Source: Planctomycetia bacterium (lineage in GTDB: Bacteria > Planctomycetota > Planctomycetia > Pirellulales > UBA1268). Taken from it: a stretch of 40,983 nucleotides of DNA. Below the pieces are notes generated by a model that had not been told where the DNA came from, ran no database searches, and saw nothing but the letters and a program-made list of their open reading frames with translations. The position numbers and the translations under genes were made by a program. Within the stretch, counting starts at the first letter, position 1; the number at the start of each line of letters is the position of its first letter. Of this stretch, positions 7,642-19,975 are shown one piece after another. The DNA lies in the NCBI GenBank assembly GCA_009919445.1, contig RGBY01000001.1, forward strand, positions 1 to 40,983, written 5' to 3'.

Positions 7642-10600
7642 ATGGCAACTCGTGCTGTTCGCCGACTCCAGCCCACTGAAATTCGTCACTTTGGCAGCGA
7701 CCGTAGCAGCCATTCCATGCCTGACCTGACAGAAATTCAGACCCGGTTTTTCGAGTCGTTCCTGCAGCATGACGTTCCGCATGCCAAGCGGAAGGATCAG
7801 GGCATTGAAGGTGTCCTTCGAGAAATCTTTCCAATCGAGAGTTACGACAAAACCGTCCGCCTTGAGTATGTCCGCTACGATCTCGGCAAGCCGCGGTACA
7901 GCCCTGACGAATGCCGGCAACTGCGGCTGACCTACGGCCGTCCGCTGCGAGTCTGGTTGCGGCTGACGCGCGAGCAGCCCATCGAAGAAGAGGTCTATCT
8001 CGGCGACGTCCCGATCATGATGGGTGGTGGCGAGTTCATCATCAATGGTGCCGAGCGTGTTGTGGTTAGTCAGCTTCACCGCTCACCTGGTATTGATTTT
8101 GTTGCTGACACCGAGTCGAGCGACCGGAAAACCTACAACTGCCGAATCATTCCTGAACGCGGCAGTTGGATTGAGTTCAACATCTCAAAGAAGGACACGC
8201 TCCAGGTCCGCATCGACCAAAGCGGAAAGTTCTCGGCTCTGACGCTGCTACGGGCGATGGACCCGAAGCTCACCAGTGACGCCGACATCTTGAAGCTCTT
8301 CAACAAGACCAAAGTTGAAAAGGTCGCTGGTAGCCGCAGCGTCAGCAAACTGGAAGGCAAGGTCGCGGCTGATGACATCGTCTACCCCAAGGGCAGCGAT
8401 CGGGCTGGCGAGATCCTTGTCGAGGCTGGTGGCCTGATCACTCGCGACAAGTCTGAGCTCATCTGCACGTCTGGGCTGAAGGCAGTCGAGGTTATGCAGG
8501 CCAACAAGATGCCGCTGATCGAAAACAGCCTGCGTGAAGACGCTGATGAGGCTCGCAAGCGGACCGCCGTGGCCCCGAGCCACCAGGATGCCCTGATCCG
8601 CATCTACCAGAGACTGCGACCTGGTAATCCGGCTGCACTCGATAAGGCAATCACCCTTTTCGACGAGAAGTTCAAGGACACCAATCGCTACCGTCTTGGT
8701 CGCGTTGGCCGCTTCCGCATTAATCGGAAGCTCGGTCTGTCTGTGCCTGAAACCGAGATGACCTTGCGTGCCGATGACCTCATCGCGGCCATTCGGTACA
8801 TGCTCGAACTGATGGAGGGCGACAACGAAACAGTAGAAGTCGACGACATCGATCATCTTGGCAACCGTCGTCTGCGAACCATCGACGAACTCGCCAGCGA
8901 TGAACTCCGGAAGGGCTTCCTCAAACTCCGTCGCACCGTGCAAGAGCGAATGAGCCTTAAGGACGTCGCCGAGATGACGCCTCGCTCGCTCATTAACCCC
9001 AAGAGTATCTCCGCAGCAATCGAATACTTCTTCGGACGCGGCGAACTTTCTCAGGTGGTCGACCAGACCAACCCGCTGTCGATGCTCACCCACGAGCGGC
9101 GGCTCTCGGCTCTTGGCCCGGGCGGCCTCAACCGCAAGCGGGCTGGCTTTGAGGTCCGTGACGTGCATATCTCGCACTACGGAAGAATCTGCCCGATTGA
9201 GACCCCTGAAGGCACCAACATCGGCCTGATCTCCAGCCTGGCTATTTACTCTGGCGTTGACTCCTACGGCTTCCTGGTCACTCCATATCGCAAGGTCGCG
9301 AAGGGCAAGCTCCAGGACGACGTGGTCTGGCTTCGAGCTGATGAAGAGCATGAGGCTTATCTGGCGCCGGCCGATGCCCCAGTGAAAGACGGCAAGGTTA
9401 CCGGCGAAACCATTGTGGCTCGCTACCGCGGCGACTTCATCCTCGTGCCGCCGGAGAAAATTGAATACATCGACGTGGCGCCAAGTCAGATGGTTGGCGT
9501 TTCGGCTGGCCTCATCCCGTTCCTTGAGCACGACGATGCCAACCGGGCCCTCATGGGTTCAAATATGCAGCGCCAGGCTGTGCCTCTTTTGGTGACCGAA
9601 CCACCGATTGTCGCCACCGGCATGGAGCGTGACGTCGCGGCGAACTCAGGGCTCTTGGTCCGGGCAGCACGCAAGGGCACGATCACGTACGTTGATGCCG
9701 AGACAATCGAAATCAACGGGACTGACGTCTATCAGCTCCGCAAGTATGTTGGCCTCAACGAACGAACCTGCCAGAACCAAAAGCCAATCGTGCAGCTTGG
9801 CCAAAAGGTCGAAAAGGGCGAGGTCATCGCCGACGGTGCTGCCACCTTCAAGGGCGAATTGGCACTGGGGCGGAACGTGCTCGTCGGCTTCATGGCCTGG
9901 GATGGCTTCAACTTTGAAGATGCCATCATTATCAGTGAAGAACTTGTTGAGGACGACGTGTACACCTCGATTCATATCGAGGAGTACGACATCGAAATTC
10001 GTGACACCAAACTGGGCCGTGAGGAATTCACCCGTGACATCCCCAACGTCGGCGAGCGGGCTCTCCGCAACCTCGACGACAGTGGCATTGTCCGCAAGGG
10101 CACCTATGTGCGGCCCGGTGACATCCTCGTCGGCAAGGTCTCGCCGAAGAGTAAGACCGAACTGACACCGGAAGAAAAACTGCTGCATGCCATCTTTGGG
10201 CGTGCTGGCGAAGACGTGAAAAACGACTCGCTTGAGGTTCCCTCTGGCGTCGAAGGCATTGTTATCGCCACCGAGAAGTTCGCTCGCCAGATGAGTCTTT
10301 CTGAGGATGAGCGACGGGAATTCCAGAAGCAGGTCAAAGAAGCTGAGAGCGAGGGCAATCTGGCAGTCGCCGAAGCCTTCGGCGGCCTCGTTGCCGAAAT
10401 TGAGAAGGTGCTGCAGAAGCCGTTGTCGGCAGCTGATGGCAGCCCCCTGGTTCGCAACCAAGATCACAAAGTGGTGGCTGAGCGGGCCGGGCAGTTCAAC
10501 CTCGACGAACTCGACATCCGTTCCCCCCAGCGGAAGGCTGATATCGACAAGCTCTACAAGACGCTCTGGCCTGCCGTTGAGGAAGCGATTGATGCCAAAG

Positions 10601-11385
10601 ATCGCAAACTCAACAGCATGAAGCGGGGTGATGAACTCCGTCCTGGCGTGCTGCAGATGGTCAAGGTTTATGTGGCTGCCAAGCGGGTTATCTCCGTCGG
10701 TGACAAGATGGCTGGCCGCCATGGAAACAAGGGCGTGATCGCCAAGATCCTTCCCAAGGAGGACATGCCCTTCTTGGCCGATGGCACTCCCGTGCAGATC
10801 ATGCTCAACCCGCTCGGCGTGCCGAGCCGTATGAATGTTGGCCAGATTCTTGAAACCCATCTCGGATGGGCCGGCAAGATGCTCGGCTTCCAGGCCGTTA
10901 CGCCGGTCTTCGATGGGGCTAGCGAAGAAGAGATCAATGCTGTTCTAGCTGACGCTGGCCTTCCTAAGCACGGAAAGGCCCAGCTGTTTGATGGTCGTAC
11001 TGGTGAGGCCCTCGAGCAGGAGACCACCGTTGGCTACATCTACATGCTCAAGCTGCATCATCTTGTCGACGACAAGGTTCATGCCCGCTCGACCGGCCCG
11101 TATTCACTGATCACCCAGCAACCGCTTGGCGGCAAGGCTCGGTTTGGTGGCCAGCGGTTCGGCGAGATGGAAGTCTGGGCACTGGAAGCCTATGGCGCAG
11201 CATACATCCTGCAGGAACTGCTGACCGTCAAGAGTGACGACGTCGAAGGACGTACCAAAATCTATGAGAGCATGGTCAAGGGTGAAAACACACTTGAGGC
11301 TGGCACCCCGGCCAGTTTTGACGTGCTCACCAATGAGATCCGAGGGCTTGCCCTCAACATGCAACTGGAGAAACGGCGGGTCTAA
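7642..11385 (+). CDS. rpoB: DNA-directed RNA polymerase subunit beta
   Basis: Start chosen at ATG 7642 ([18 protein letters not shown]...), which aligns with the conserved RpoB N-terminus. Conserved blocks include [59 protein letters not shown]. Confidence 0.97.
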   Translation: MATRAVRRLQPTEIRHFGSDRSSHSMPDLTEIQTRFFESFLQHDVPHAKRKDQGIEGVLREIFPIESYDKTVRLEYVRYDLGKPRYSPDECRQLRLTYGRPLRVWLRLTREQPIEEEVYLGDVPIMMGGGEFIINGAERVVVSQLHRSPGIDFVADTESSDRKTYNCRIIPERGSWIEFNISKKDTLQVRIDQSGKFSALTLLRAMDPKLTSDADILKLFNKTKVEKVAGSRSVSKLEGKVAADDIVYPKGSDRAGEILVEAGGLITRDKSELICTSGLKAVEVMQANKMPLIENSLREDADEARKRTAVAPSHQDALIRIYQRLRPGNPAALDKAITLFDEKFKDTNRYRLGRVGRFRINRKLGLSVPETEMTLRADDLIAAIRYMLELMEGDNETVEVDDIDHLGNRRLRTIDELASDELRKGFLKLRRTVQERMSLKDVAEMTPRSLINPKSISAAIEYFFGRGELSQVVDQTNPLSMLTHERRLSALGPGGLNRKRAGFEVRDVHISHYGRICPIETPEGTNIGLISSLAIYSGVDSYGFLVTPYRKVAKGKLQDDVVWLRADEEHEAYLAPADAPVKDGKVTGETIVARYRGDFILVPPEKIEYIDVAPSQMVGVSAGLIPFLEHDDANRALMGSNMQRQAVPLLVTEPPIVATGMERDVAANSGLLVRAARKGTITYVDAETIEINGTDVYQLRKYVGLNERTCQNQKPIVQLGQKVEKGEVIADGAATFKGELALGRNVLVGFMAWDGFNFEDAIIISEELVEDDVYTSIHIEEYDIEIRDTKLGREEFTRDIPNVGERALRNLDDSGIVRKGTYVRPGDILVGKVSPKSKTELTPEEKLLHAIFGRAGEDVKNDSLEVPSGVEGIVIATEKFARQMSLSEDERREFQKQVKEAESEGNLAVAEAFGGLVAEIEKVLQKPLSAADGSPLVRNQDHKVVAERAGQFNLDELDIRSPQRKADIDKLYKTLWPAVEEAIDAKDRKLNSMKRGDELRPGVLQMVKVYVAAKRVISVGDKMAGRHGNKGVIAKILPKEDMPFLADGTPVQIMLNPLGVPSRMNVGQILETHLGWAGKMLGFQAVTPVFDGASEEEINAVLADAGLPKHGKAQLFDGRTGEALEQETTVGYIYMLKLHHLVDDKVHARSTGPYSLITQQPLGGKARFGGQRFGEMEVWALEAYGAAYILQELLTVKSDDVEGRTKIYESMVKGENTLEAGTPASFDVLTNEIRGLALNMQLEKRRV

Positions 11386-11494
11386 CTCAGCCCGTTCACC
11401 AAACCAAACCACCAGATGGGCCCGACCCTACGTTCACGAGCCCTCGCCTTTCGCAGCCTTCAAACACAACTGACTATCCCCAGGAGACCTCTCC

Positions 11495-14400
11495 GTGAGC
11501 ATCGGTGAAGCCACCTACGATCGCGTCAATGACTACTCGGCCGTCAAGATCAGCCTGGCCAGGCCGCATGATATTCGCAGCTGGTCATTCGGCGAGGTAA
11601 AGAAGCCCGAAACGATCAACTACCGCACCTACCGTCCTGAGAAGGACGGCCTGATGTGCGAGAAGATCTTTGGGCCAGAAAAGGACTGGGAATGTTCCTG
11701 CGGCAAGTACCGCGGGATGAAGTACAAGGGCATGATCTGCGACCGCTGCGGTGTCAAAGTGACGCACAGCCGCGTTCGCCGGAAGCGGATGGGCCACATT
11801 GAGCTCGCTGCGCCTGTGGTGCACATCTGGTTCTTCAAGGCGATGCCGAGCCGGCTTGGGGCTCTGCTAGACATGAAGACAACCAGCCTGGAGAAAGTCA
11901 TCTACTTCCAGGACTATGTCGTTCTGGACCCCAAGGACACTCCCCTCAAGAAGCAGCAACTTCTCTCCGAGGAAGAGTGCCGGCAGGCACGCGACGAGTA
12001 TGGCGAGACGGCCTTTGAGGCCGAGATGGGCGCCGATGCCGTTCGCAAACTCTTGCTCGACCTCGATCTGGTCGAACTGTCGAAGGTGTTGCGAGAAGAA
12101 CTGGCCACCACCGGCTCAAAGCAGAAGAAGAAAGACCTCGTCAATCGACTGAAGATTGTGGAGGCCATTCGTGACAGCGAAAACAAGCCCGAGTGGATGG
12201 TCCTCGATGTCATCCCCGTCATCCCCCCCGACTTGCGTCCACTGGTCATGCTCGACAGTGGCAATTTTGCCACCAGCGACCTCAATGACCTCTACCGCCG
12301 CATCATCAACCGGAACAACCGGCTCAAGAAGCTTGTTGACCTGAATGCCCCCGAGGTCATCATCCGCAATGAAAAGCGAATGTTGCAGCAGTCGGTTGAC
12401 GCTCTCTTCGACAACAATCGCTGCAAGCGGCCCGTCCTGGCTTCCAGCAACCGACCGCTCAAGAGCCTGACGGACATGATCAAGGGCAAGCAGGGCCGGT
12501 TTCGTGAGAACCTGCTCGGCAAACGAGTCGATTACTCTGCCCGTAGCGTCATTGTCGTTGGCCCAACCCTGCGGCTCCATCAGTGTGGCCTGCCAAAGAA
12601 GATCGCGCTGGAACTCTATCAGCCGTTCATCATTCGCCGGCTGAAGGACCTGGGCCATGCCGACACCATCAAGTCAGCGAAGAAGATGCTGGAGAGGAAG
12701 GACGCCGAGGTCTGGGACATCCTGGAAGAGGTGATCCACAACCATCCTGTTCTTCTGAACCGGGCCCCGACCCTGCACCGCATGGGCATTCAGGCATTTG
12801 AGCCAGTCCTGGTCGAAGGCCATGCCATCAAACTTCACCCGCTGGTCTGCAAGGGCTTCAACGCCGACTTTGACGGTGACCAGATGGCGGTCCACCTGCC
12901 GCTGTCAATTGAGGCTCAGGTCGAAGCACACACGCTGATGCTGGCGACCAACAACATCTTTAGCCCCGCCAACGGTGCGCCGATCATCTCGCCGTCACAG
13001 GACGTCGTGATGGGCTGCTATTACCTGACGATGGCAATGCCCGGCCGTGGTGGCGAAGGGATGGTCTTCCGGAGTTTTGAAGAGGTCGAACTGGCTCACT
13101 CGTTCGGCAAGGTCGACACCCACGCCATGATTCGAGTGAAACTGCCGGCCAACCGACGCCTCAAGACCGAAAATGATACTGACAGCCAGCCGGGTGCCGT
13201 GATCGAAACCACAGCCGGCCGCGTGCTGTTCAACTCGATCCTTCCAGAAGGGATGCTGTTTTACAACATTCCTATGCGTTCCAGTGAACTGGCTCGGGTC
13301 ATTTCGGACTGCTACCAGTTGCTCGGCCGGAGGAACACGATTGACCTTCTCGACGACATGAACCGAGTTGGTTTCAGCTGGAGTACCCGCAGTGGTCTCT
13401 CCTTTGCCACCGACGACCTGATTACGCCGGAAAGCAAACTGAAGATCATCGGTGACGCCGAGAAGTCAGTGATGAAGATCCTCAATCTCTACCAACGCGG
13501 CGTTATCACCGACGGCGAACGCTACAACCAGGTGCTGGACACCTGGACCCACGCCCGCGAGCAGATCACCAAGGAGATGATGGCCGAACTGGAGCAGGAC
13601 ACCGATGCTCGGGAGGTTCGCTACAGCGGCTACGTCAATCCAATCTTCCTCATGGCCCACTCCGGTGCCCGTGGTGGCGTTGAACAGATTCGTCAGTTGG
13701 CTGGCATGCGTGGCTTGATGGCCAAGCCATCCGGCAAGATTATTGAAACGCCCATCAAGGCAAACTTCCGTGAAGGCCTTACGGTGCTGGAATACTTCAG
13801 CTCCACCCACGGTGCCCGAAAGGGTCTGGCTGACACCGCTCTGAAGACGGCCGACTCTGGCTACCTCACCAGAAAACTCGCCGACGTTGCCCAAAACGTT
13901 GTTGTGACCATGCACGACTGTGGCACCACACAGGGCATTGAAAAGACCGTGATCTATCGTGGTGAAAAGGTCGAGGTCAATCTGGCCGATAGCATTCGGG
14001 GACGGGTGAGTCGCACCAACATTGCCAATCCCATCACCGACGAGGTGGTGGTGCACGAGGATGACCTCATCACACCCAAGACCGCGCGGGACATCGAGGC
14101 TTTGGGCCTCGAAAAGATCCAGGTCCGCAGCGCGCTGACCTGCGAAGCCCCCCTGGGCGTTTGCCGTCTCTGCTACGGAATGGACCTTTCCACCGGCTCG
14201 CTGGTCGAAGAGGGTATGGCTGTCGGGATCATTGCGGCCCAGAGTATTGGCGAGCCAGGCACCCAGTTGACGATGCGGACATTCCACATCGGTGGTGTCG
14301 GTCAGCGTGCCGTTGAGGAAAACGAGTATCGCGCCAAGCGGCCTGGTACCGCGAAATTCACCCGTATCCGAACTGTTCAGAATGAAGAGGGTGAACTGGT

Positions 14401-15871
14401 CGTCTTGGCTCGAAATGGTGAAATCGCCATCTTGAACGAGAAGGGCCAGGAAGCTGACAAATTTGAGATTCCGGCTGGTGCCATCCTCAAGGTGGCTGAA
14501 AACGAGAAGGTCAAACAGGGGACCGTTCTTGTCCAGTGGGATCCCCACTCGATTCCGATTCTCTCGGAAGTGCCGGGGAAGGTTCGCTACGAAGACGTGG
14601 TTGAGGGCGAAACCCTGCGAATCGAGAAGGACCCCAGTGGTCACATCCGCCGTATGATCATGGAGCACAAGGGTGTCTACCACCCGCAGGTTGTGCTCGA
14701 GGATGAGTCCGGCAAGATTCTCGATTTCTACTACCTTCCCGAGAAGGCCTACATCGAGGTTGCACCCGGCGAGACCGTGAAGGCCGGGCACATCCTTGCG
14801 AAGACACCGCGGGAAGCCGGCGGCACGCAGGACATCACTGGTGGTCTGCCCCGCGTCACTGAAATCTTTGAGGCCCGGAAGCCAAAGGATCCCGCGATCA
14901 TGGCCGAGATTGATGGCAAGGTCGAGGTCAGTGGCGAGAAGCGACGTGGCAAGCGAACGATCATCGTCCGCAACGAAACGGGCGTCGAGCGAGAGCATCT
15001 CATCACTCATGGCAAACACATGCGTGTACACGCTGGTGACATCGTTCGCGCCGGTGAAGCCCTCGTTGACGGCCCACTGGTCCCGCACGACATCCTGCGG
15101 ATCTCTGGTGAAGAAGAAGTGCAGCGGTACCTGGTTCGCGAGATTCAGAATGTCTATCGCAGCCAGCGTGTTGAAATTGATGACAAGCACATCGAGATCA
15201 TCGTTTCCCAAATGCTCCGCAAGGTGAAAATCGACACCGTCGGTGACACCTCCTTGCTGCCGGGCAGCATGCTCGACAAGCATGACTTCCGTCAGGCGAA
15301 TGAGCGTCTCGCTGGCTGCCTGCGGATTACTGATAAGGGCGACAGTGAATTTGAGGTGGGCAGCATTGTTCCCAAGGATGTGCTCACTCAGACCAACGAA
15401 ACGGTGGAGGCCCTCGGCGGCACACCCGCCAAGGGCACCAAGCCGAAATCGGCCACGGCCAGCACGCAGTTGTTGGGAATCACCAAGGCAAGTGTGCAGA
15501 GTTCGAGCTTCATCTCGGCTGCCAGTTTCCAAGAGACGACCAAGGTACTCACCGAGGCTGCCCTGGCAGGCCGCGTCGACAACCTGGTTGGGCTCAAGGA
15601 GAATGTGATCTTGGGCCACCTCATTCCGGCTGGCACAGGATTCAACACCTTCCAGTCTTCAGAAGTTCGGGTTCGGCCAGAGGCGCTCGAAGCCCTCCGC
15701 ATCGATCGTGAAGATCTTCTGGCTCGCGACTTCCCGCTCCTTGAGGCTGCCGGCCCAAGCGACGAGGAGCTGGCTGCTGGGGCAGAGAGTCTGACCGATG
15801 GTGGCCAGCCGACCCTCGACATTTTTGCAGAATCATCTGAAACCTCAGAAAATCCCTCTGAAGGGCTTTGA
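11495..15871 (+). CDS. rpoC: DNA-directed RNA polymerase subunit beta prime
   Basis: GTG start. Zn-binding CSCGKY...CDRCGV. Catalytic [12 protein letters not shown]. 1458 aa with an acidic C-terminal tail. Confidence 0.98.
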   Translation: MSIGEATYDRVNDYSAVKISLARPHDIRSWSFGEVKKPETINYRTYRPEKDGLMCEKIFGPEKDWECSCGKYRGMKYKGMICDRCGVKVTHSRVRRKRMGHIELAAPVVHIWFFKAMPSRLGALLDMKTTSLEKVIYFQDYVVLDPKDTPLKKQQLLSEEECRQARDEYGETAFEAEMGADAVRKLLLDLDLVELSKVLREELATTGSKQKKKDLVNRLKIVEAIRDSENKPEWMVLDVIPVIPPDLRPLVMLDSGNFATSDLNDLYRRIINRNNRLKKLVDLNAPEVIIRNEKRMLQQSVDALFDNNRCKRPVLASSNRPLKSLTDMIKGKQGRFRENLLGKRVDYSARSVIVVGPTLRLHQCGLPKKIALELYQPFIIRRLKDLGHADTIKSAKKMLERKDAEVWDILEEVIHNHPVLLNRAPTLHRMGIQAFEPVLVEGHAIKLHPLVCKGFNADFDGDQMAVHLPLSIEAQVEAHTLMLATNNIFSPANGAPIISPSQDVVMGCYYLTMAMPGRGGEGMVFRSFEEVELAHSFGKVDTHAMIRVKLPANRRLKTENDTDSQPGAVIETTAGRVLFNSILPEGMLFYNIPMRSSELARVISDCYQLLGRRNTIDLLDDMNRVGFSWSTRSGLSFATDDLITPESKLKIIGDAEKSVMKILNLYQRGVITDGERYNQVLDTWTHAREQITKEMMAELEQDTDAREVRYSGYVNPIFLMAHSGARGGVEQIRQLAGMRGLMAKPSGKIIETPIKANFREGLTVLEYFSSTHGARKGLADTALKTADSGYLTRKLADVAQNVVVTMHDCGTTQGIEKTVIYRGEKVEVNLADSIRGRVSRTNIANPITDEVVVHEDDLITPKTARDIEALGLEKIQVRSALTCEAPLGVCRLCYGMDLSTGSLVEEGMAVGIIAAQSIGEPGTQLTMRTFHIGGVGQRAVEENEYRAKRPGTAKFTRIRTVQNEEGELVVLARNGEIAILNEKGQEADKFEIPAGAILKVAENEKVKQGTVLVQWDPHSIPILSEVPGKVRYEDVVEGETLRIEKDPSGHIRRMIMEHKGVYHPQVVLEDESGKILDFYYLPEKAYIEVAPGETVKAGHILAKTPREAGGTQDITGGLPRVTEIFEARKPKDPAIMAEIDGKVEVSGEKRRGKRTIIVRNETGVEREHLITHGKHMRVHAGDIVRAGEALVDGPLVPHDILRISGEEEVQRYLVREIQNVYRSQRVEIDDKHIEIIVSQMLRKVKIDTVGDTSLLPGSMLDKHDFRQANERLAGCLRITDKGDSEFEVGSIVPKDVLTQTNETVEALGGTPAKGTKPKSATASTQLLGITKASVQSSSFISAASFQETTKVLTEAALAGRVDNLVGLKENVILGHLIPAGTGFNTFQSSEVRVRPEALEALRIDREDLLARDFPLLEAAGPSDEELAAGAESLTDGGQPTLDIFAESSETSENPSEGL

Positions 15872-15968
15872 GCCCCGGGCACCTGCCTCTCGGTCGGTGC
15901 TCCCCTAGGGTTTTCCTGAGTGCCAGACGATGGCTGCTTGAGGGCCTTTTGCTGCAGAGAGTTTCTGG

Positions 15969-16958
15969 ATGACCGGTGTTGAGACGACCAGCGGCCGGCA
16001 GGCAGTCCTGCCCAACCTGAGTGAGCCGCCTCGTTTGGCACCGTCTGAGGATGTCTCAGAGGCAGCCATTCGCCTCTCTCGCAAACAGCCTGCCAACCAA
16101 ACTGCGGCAGCTATCTTGGGAAACCGGCTGACAACCGTCTGGGGCCTCTGCCAAGAAGCCGGAGACCCTCTGGCTGATCCCGAGGTCGTCCATCGCCTGC
16201 GGGTAGCCACGCGTCGCTCTTTAGCCGCCTTCAGCCTGTTGAAGCCACTTCTGCCTCGCAAACAGCATCGCCGATTCGTGCGGTGGCTCCGCAACCTCCG
16301 TCGTGCAGCGGGTACAGCCCGTGATCTCGATGTCATTGTCGACCGGCTGCAGCATCACCTGCCACCGGTCGCCGATCCAGAGAGCACCCTGCTGAAACTC
16401 CTGAATCTGCTGGGGGACTATCAGGTTGCCAGCCGGGTACCGCTCCAAAAATGGCACCATCACCTGCTCAGGAGCAACTGGGCCCAACGGGTCGACGAGC
16501 TAACACGCGGTCTCTCCACCAAACAAAAATGTGAACGCTATGGCTCGTTTGTCAGCCGACGGCTGACACGCTGCGGGAAACGGTTCTTTGCAACCGCCGG
16601 TCACTCCGCAAAACGAGCCGACGACTTGCACCAGATTCGTATTGAAGGGAAGCGGCTGCGGTATAGCCTTGAGCTTGTTCCCACGCAGAGCCGGAAATCT
16701 GCTTATGACCGCTGCCTGCGTTCACTCAAAAAGATGCAGGTTGCCTTGGGTGACTTTACTGATCACACCGCAGCGGCAGGGTGCTTCGAGCGACTGCGTG
16801 AAGAGGGCCTGCCAGCTGAACTTATGCCTCTCGTAGAAGAACTCCGTCGAGAGGAGCATCTTCTGGCCGAATTAGCCCAGCAACGGTTCACCATCTGGTG
16901 GAATAACAAACGCCGACGACGCCTGCGTCGCCGCTTCTCCAAGACTCTCAAGCGATAG
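15969..16958 (+). CDS. CHAD domain-containing protein
   Basis: Helical, Arg-rich repeats typical of CHAD: VHRLRVATRRSLAAFSLLKPLL...RNLRRAAGTARDLDV and LHQIRIEGKRLRYSLEL. Confidence 0.7.
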   Translation: MTGVETTSGRQAVLPNLSEPPRLAPSEDVSEAAIRLSRKQPANQTAAAILGNRLTTVWGLCQEAGDPLADPEVVHRLRVATRRSLAAFSLLKPLLPRKQHRRFVRWLRNLRRAAGTARDLDVIVDRLQHHLPPVADPESTLLKLLNLLGDYQVASRVPLQKWHHHLLRSNWAQRVDELTRGLSTKQKCERYGSFVSRRLTRCGKRFFATAGHSAKRADDLHQIRIEGKRLRYSLELVPTQSRKSAYDRCLRSLKKMQVALGDFTDHTAAAGCFERLREEGLPAELMPLVEELRREEHLLAELAQQRFTIWWNNKRRRRLRRRFSKTLKR

Positions 16959-16960
16959 CC

Positions 16961-18184
16961 ATGCCCAAGATCAGCCCCCCTTCAGCAGACACTCCCCCAG
17001 CTTTCGCAAGCAGCCTGCTGGCGTCAACGCCCGCTCTCATCGTGCTGGCGATCATCGCAGCTGGACTCCTCTGGTGGGGCTGCCAGATCGCCCTCATGCC
17101 AGCAGCCTCACCTGCCGTGCAGGCATCGGGGCGACCGGCCCTGCCAGTTTCAAGTGCGCGGCAGCAGCCAACTTCTTCCACCAATCCAGAGAGTGGCTTT
17201 CTGCCGACGAACCCGGCTTCTTCACCGCCGCCACGCCCGGCTCCCGAAGGCATGGTCTGGGTGCCGGGCGGAGAATTCTCGATCGGTTGCAGCGACCCCC
17301 GTGGTATCCCTCACGGGGGCACCAACCCAATGGCCGATGCCCGCCCCATTCATCGAGTCACGGTCAAGAGTTTCTGGATGGATGCGACTGAGGTGACCAA
17401 CCGGCAATTTGAAGCCTTCGTGACAGCCACTCACTATGTGACTGTCGCCGAAATTCCACCACGTCCTGAAGACTTCCCGGGAGCCCCCGCCGAAAATCTG
17501 GTGGCTGGCTCCATTGTCTTCACTCCCCCCGACCGCCCTGTTGGGCTCGGAGACCATCTGCAATGGTGGCGGTATGTACCCGGCGCGAACTGGCGACACC
17601 CGTTCGGGCCAGCATCATCAATTCAAGGGCACGAGGATGAACCGGTCGTGCACATTGCCTTTCCTGATGCTCAGGCATATGCCGACTGGGCCGGCAAACG
17701 CCTTCCGACCGAAGCCGAGTGGGAATTTGCGGCACGCGGTGGCCAGGCAGGTTTAGTCTATCCCTGGGGAAATCAGTTCCGTCCCGAAGGCCGCTGGATG
17801 GCAAATACCTGGCAAGGACGGTTTCCATCCGAGAATACAGCCGCTGATGGATTTACCGGCATTGCGCCCGTCCGGCAATTCCCCCCCAACGACTACGGCC
17901 TCTACGACATGTCGGGTAACGTCTGGGAGTGGTGTGCTGACTGGTATCGTCCTGACACCTACCAGAGGCAGCAACTGGGTGAACTGCCCACAGAGAATCC
18001 AACCGGCCCCGACACCAGTTTTGATCCGCAGGAACCAGGGATTCCTAAACGGGTCCAGCGGGGAGGGTCATTCCTCTGCACCGACCAGTACTGCTCCCGC
18101 TATATCGTTGGTACCCGCGGAAAAGGCGACGTCACCAGCGGCTGCAACCACATTGGCTTCCGCTGCGTGCAGGACGTGCACTAG
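16961..18184 (+). CDS. formylglycine-generating enzyme family protein (SUMF1/FGE-sulfatase domain), membrane-anchored
   Basis: N-terminal TM plus Pro-rich linker. FGE blocks GGEFSIGC, WMDATEVTNRQFEAFV, GNVWEWCADWY, RVQRGGSFLCTDQYCSRY. Start is 2 nt after the CHAD stop. Confidence 0.85.
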   Translation: MPKISPPSADTPPAFASSLLASTPALIVLAIIAAGLLWWGCQIALMPAASPAVQASGRPALPVSSARQQPTSSTNPESGFLPTNPASSPPPRPAPEGMVWVPGGEFSIGCSDPRGIPHGGTNPMADARPIHRVTVKSFWMDATEVTNRQFEAFVTATHYVTVAEIPPRPEDFPGAPAENLVAGSIVFTPPDRPVGLGDHLQWWRYVPGANWRHPFGPASSIQGHEDEPVVHIAFPDAQAYADWAGKRLPTEAEWEFAARGGQAGLVYPWGNQFRPEGRWMANTWQGRFPSENTAADGFTGIAPVRQFPPNDYGLYDMSGNVWEWCADWYRPDTYQRQQLGELPTENPTGPDTSFDPQEPGIPKRVQRGGSFLCTDQYCSRYIVGTRGKGDVTSGCNHIGFRCVQDVH

Positions 18185-18209
18185 CCTTCGCAGGCACGTC
18201 CGGACCAGC

Positions 18210-19967
18210 TTAGGACCGCTCTTTTTTTCGCAGCAATTTCCGCAGGCTCGCAAGTGTTCGGGTATTGGCTACGTCCTTTGGCTCAAGCCCCGCCCGCCGG
18301 GCCTGCAGCACACCACACCGCATGACATCGAGTCCCTCGGTGGAATGGGCATCGGTTGAGATGACCATCTGGACACCAGCCTGACGGGCCGCCGCAGCCA
18401 GGGTGTCATCCAGATCGAGCCGCCAAGGATTGGCGTTTATCTCGAGGCAGGTGCCGGTAGCTGCTGCCGCATCAATGACCTGCTGCATATCAACATCATA
18501 GGCCGGGCGACGATTGATCAGTCGTCCTGTTGGATGACCGATACAACTGACGGCAGGATGATGAATGGCTTCAAGAATTCGGCCTGTAATCCGGTCGCGT
18601 GCCTGCTTCTGCCCATAGTGCAGACTCGCCACGACCCAGTCTGCTTCAGCCAACACATCCTCTGGAAGGTCGAGCCCCCCTTTCTCCAGCATGTCGACCT
18701 CAATCCCCTTGAGCACGACCAGCGGGGACTTGCCTTCAGCAGCCAAGGACTCATTGAGCCGGTCAATCGACCGCCATTGCCGCCGCAGCCGTTTCTCATC
18801 GAGGCCATGAGCCATCGTCACCCGCTTACTGTGGTCGGTAATGGCAATGTAAGACAGCCCTCGCTCAATGGCCGCCTGTGCCATCTCCGTCAGGGTTGCT
18901 TCGCCATCAGTGGCAGTGGTGTGCATATGCAGATCACCGCGAATATCGGCAAGTGTGACCAACTGGGGGAGGCTCCCCGCTTCGGCCCGCTCAATCTCTC
19001 CCCGTCCCTCACGAAGTTCCGGTGGAATCCAGAGCAGCCCGATCGACTGGTACACCTCTTCTTCGGTTCGCCCCGCCAATGGCTTGGCTGCCTGGTCATC
19101 AATTCGCGTCACGCCATATTCATTGATGGTAAGCCCCTGCTCTCGGGCTCGACTGCGGACCCGCACATTGTGTTCTTTTGATCCCGTAAAATATTGCCAG
19201 GCAGCCCCAAACGACGCCGCAGTGACTACCCTGAGGTCAATCTGGATTTGCTGTGGCCCGCGAATGCTTGTCTTCGTCTCACCCCGAAGCAGTGTTTCAC
19301 CAGCTGCGTTCCAAGCCAGCAGATGATCCATCACCTCGTTTGGCTTCTTGCTCTGCGCCAGAATGTCGATGTCGCCGACTGTTTCACGGCCACGCCTCCA
19401 ACTGCCAGCAGCTTCGACCCGCTCCGCTGCAGGACAGTCTCGCATCCACGCGAGGAGTTGCTGCACGATGACGTCAGCTTCTTGCCAGAGCAGTCGACTG
19501 TGTGCCGGATCTTGGGCAAAGGCCAGGTTGGCCAGAATCATGGCCTCTGTCTTTTCGCCAAACCCCTTGAGGTCACGCACGCGGCCTGCCCGGCAGGCGT
19601 CGCCAAGGTCGTCAAGCGAGGTAAGGCCGAGCGAATCGACCAAGATCTTCACCTTCTTGGGGCCAAGACCTGGAACCCGCATGAGTTCAAATGCGACCTG
19701 CGGGACTTCCTGCTCAAGCTGCTCAAGTAGTGGGAGTCGGCCACCGTCAAGCAGGGCCTCAATCTTTATCGCCAGATCCTTCCCAATTCCCTCAAGATCA
19801 GTGAGCGAACGGCCTGCTGCCTCACGGATGGTTGCCAGTGACTCGACCGTTCCTTTCACCAGCCGAGCCGCATTACGGTAAGCCCGTATGCGGAAAACAT
19901 TCCCCCCCTGATACTCAAGAAGATCGGCAACATGATCAAAGAGCGAGGCGATCTCAGCGTTGGTCAC
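18210..19967 (-). CDS. polX: DNA polymerase/3'-5' exonuclease PolX (Pol beta-like domain plus PHP domain)
   Basis: HhH motifs (GIGKDLAIKI, VPGLGPKKVK), nucleotidyltransferase GSWRRGRETVGDIDIL, PHP GDLHMHTTATDG...ITDHS. The in-frame GTG at 19967 gives MTNAEIASLF... and lies 8 nt after the upstream stop. The ORF-track ATG at 20105 would overlap the upstream gene by ~130 nt. Confidence 0.85.
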   Translation of the reverse strand: MTNAEIASLFDHVADLLEYQGGNVFRIRAYRNAARLVKGTVESLATIREAAGRSLTDLEGIGKDLAIKIEALLDGGRLPLLEQLEQEVPQVAFELMRVPGLGPKKVKILVDSLGLTSLDDLGDACRAGRVRDLKGFGEKTEAMILANLAFAQDPAHSRLLWQEADVIVQQLLAWMRDCPAAERVEAAGSWRRGRETVGDIDILAQSKKPNEVMDHLLAWNAAGETLLRGETKTSIRGPQQIQIDLRVVTAASFGAAWQYFTGSKEHNVRVRSRAREQGLTINEYGVTRIDDQAAKPLAGRTEEEVYQSIGLLWIPPELREGRGEIERAEAGSLPQLVTLADIRGDLHMHTTATDGEATLTEMAQAAIERGLSYIAITDHSKRVTMAHGLDEKRLRRQWRSIDRLNESLAAEGKSPLVVLKGIEVDMLEKGGLDLPEDVLAEADWVVASLHYGQKQARDRITGRILEAIHHPAVSCIGHPTGRLINRRPAYDVDMQQVIDAAAATGTCLEINANPWRLDLDDTLAAAARQAGVQMVISTDAHSTEGLDVMRCGVLQARRAGLEPKDVANTRTLASLRKLLRKKERS

Positions 19968-19975
19968 AGCGGCAA

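Noticed and set aside
8248-10860. 427-aa and 404-aa ORFs antisense to rpoB
   Set aside because: Antisense shadow frames within a universally conserved gene, with no independent signals.
13466-15619. 717-aa ORF antisense to rpoC
   Set aside because: Same as above: a long open antisense frame typical of GC-rich coding DNA.
15872-15968. Possible terminator after rpoC (ccctaggg palindrome followed by tttt)
   Set aside because: The stem is only 3-5 bp with a 2-nt centre, which is not convincing. rpoC may be co-transcribed with the CHAD and FGE genes.
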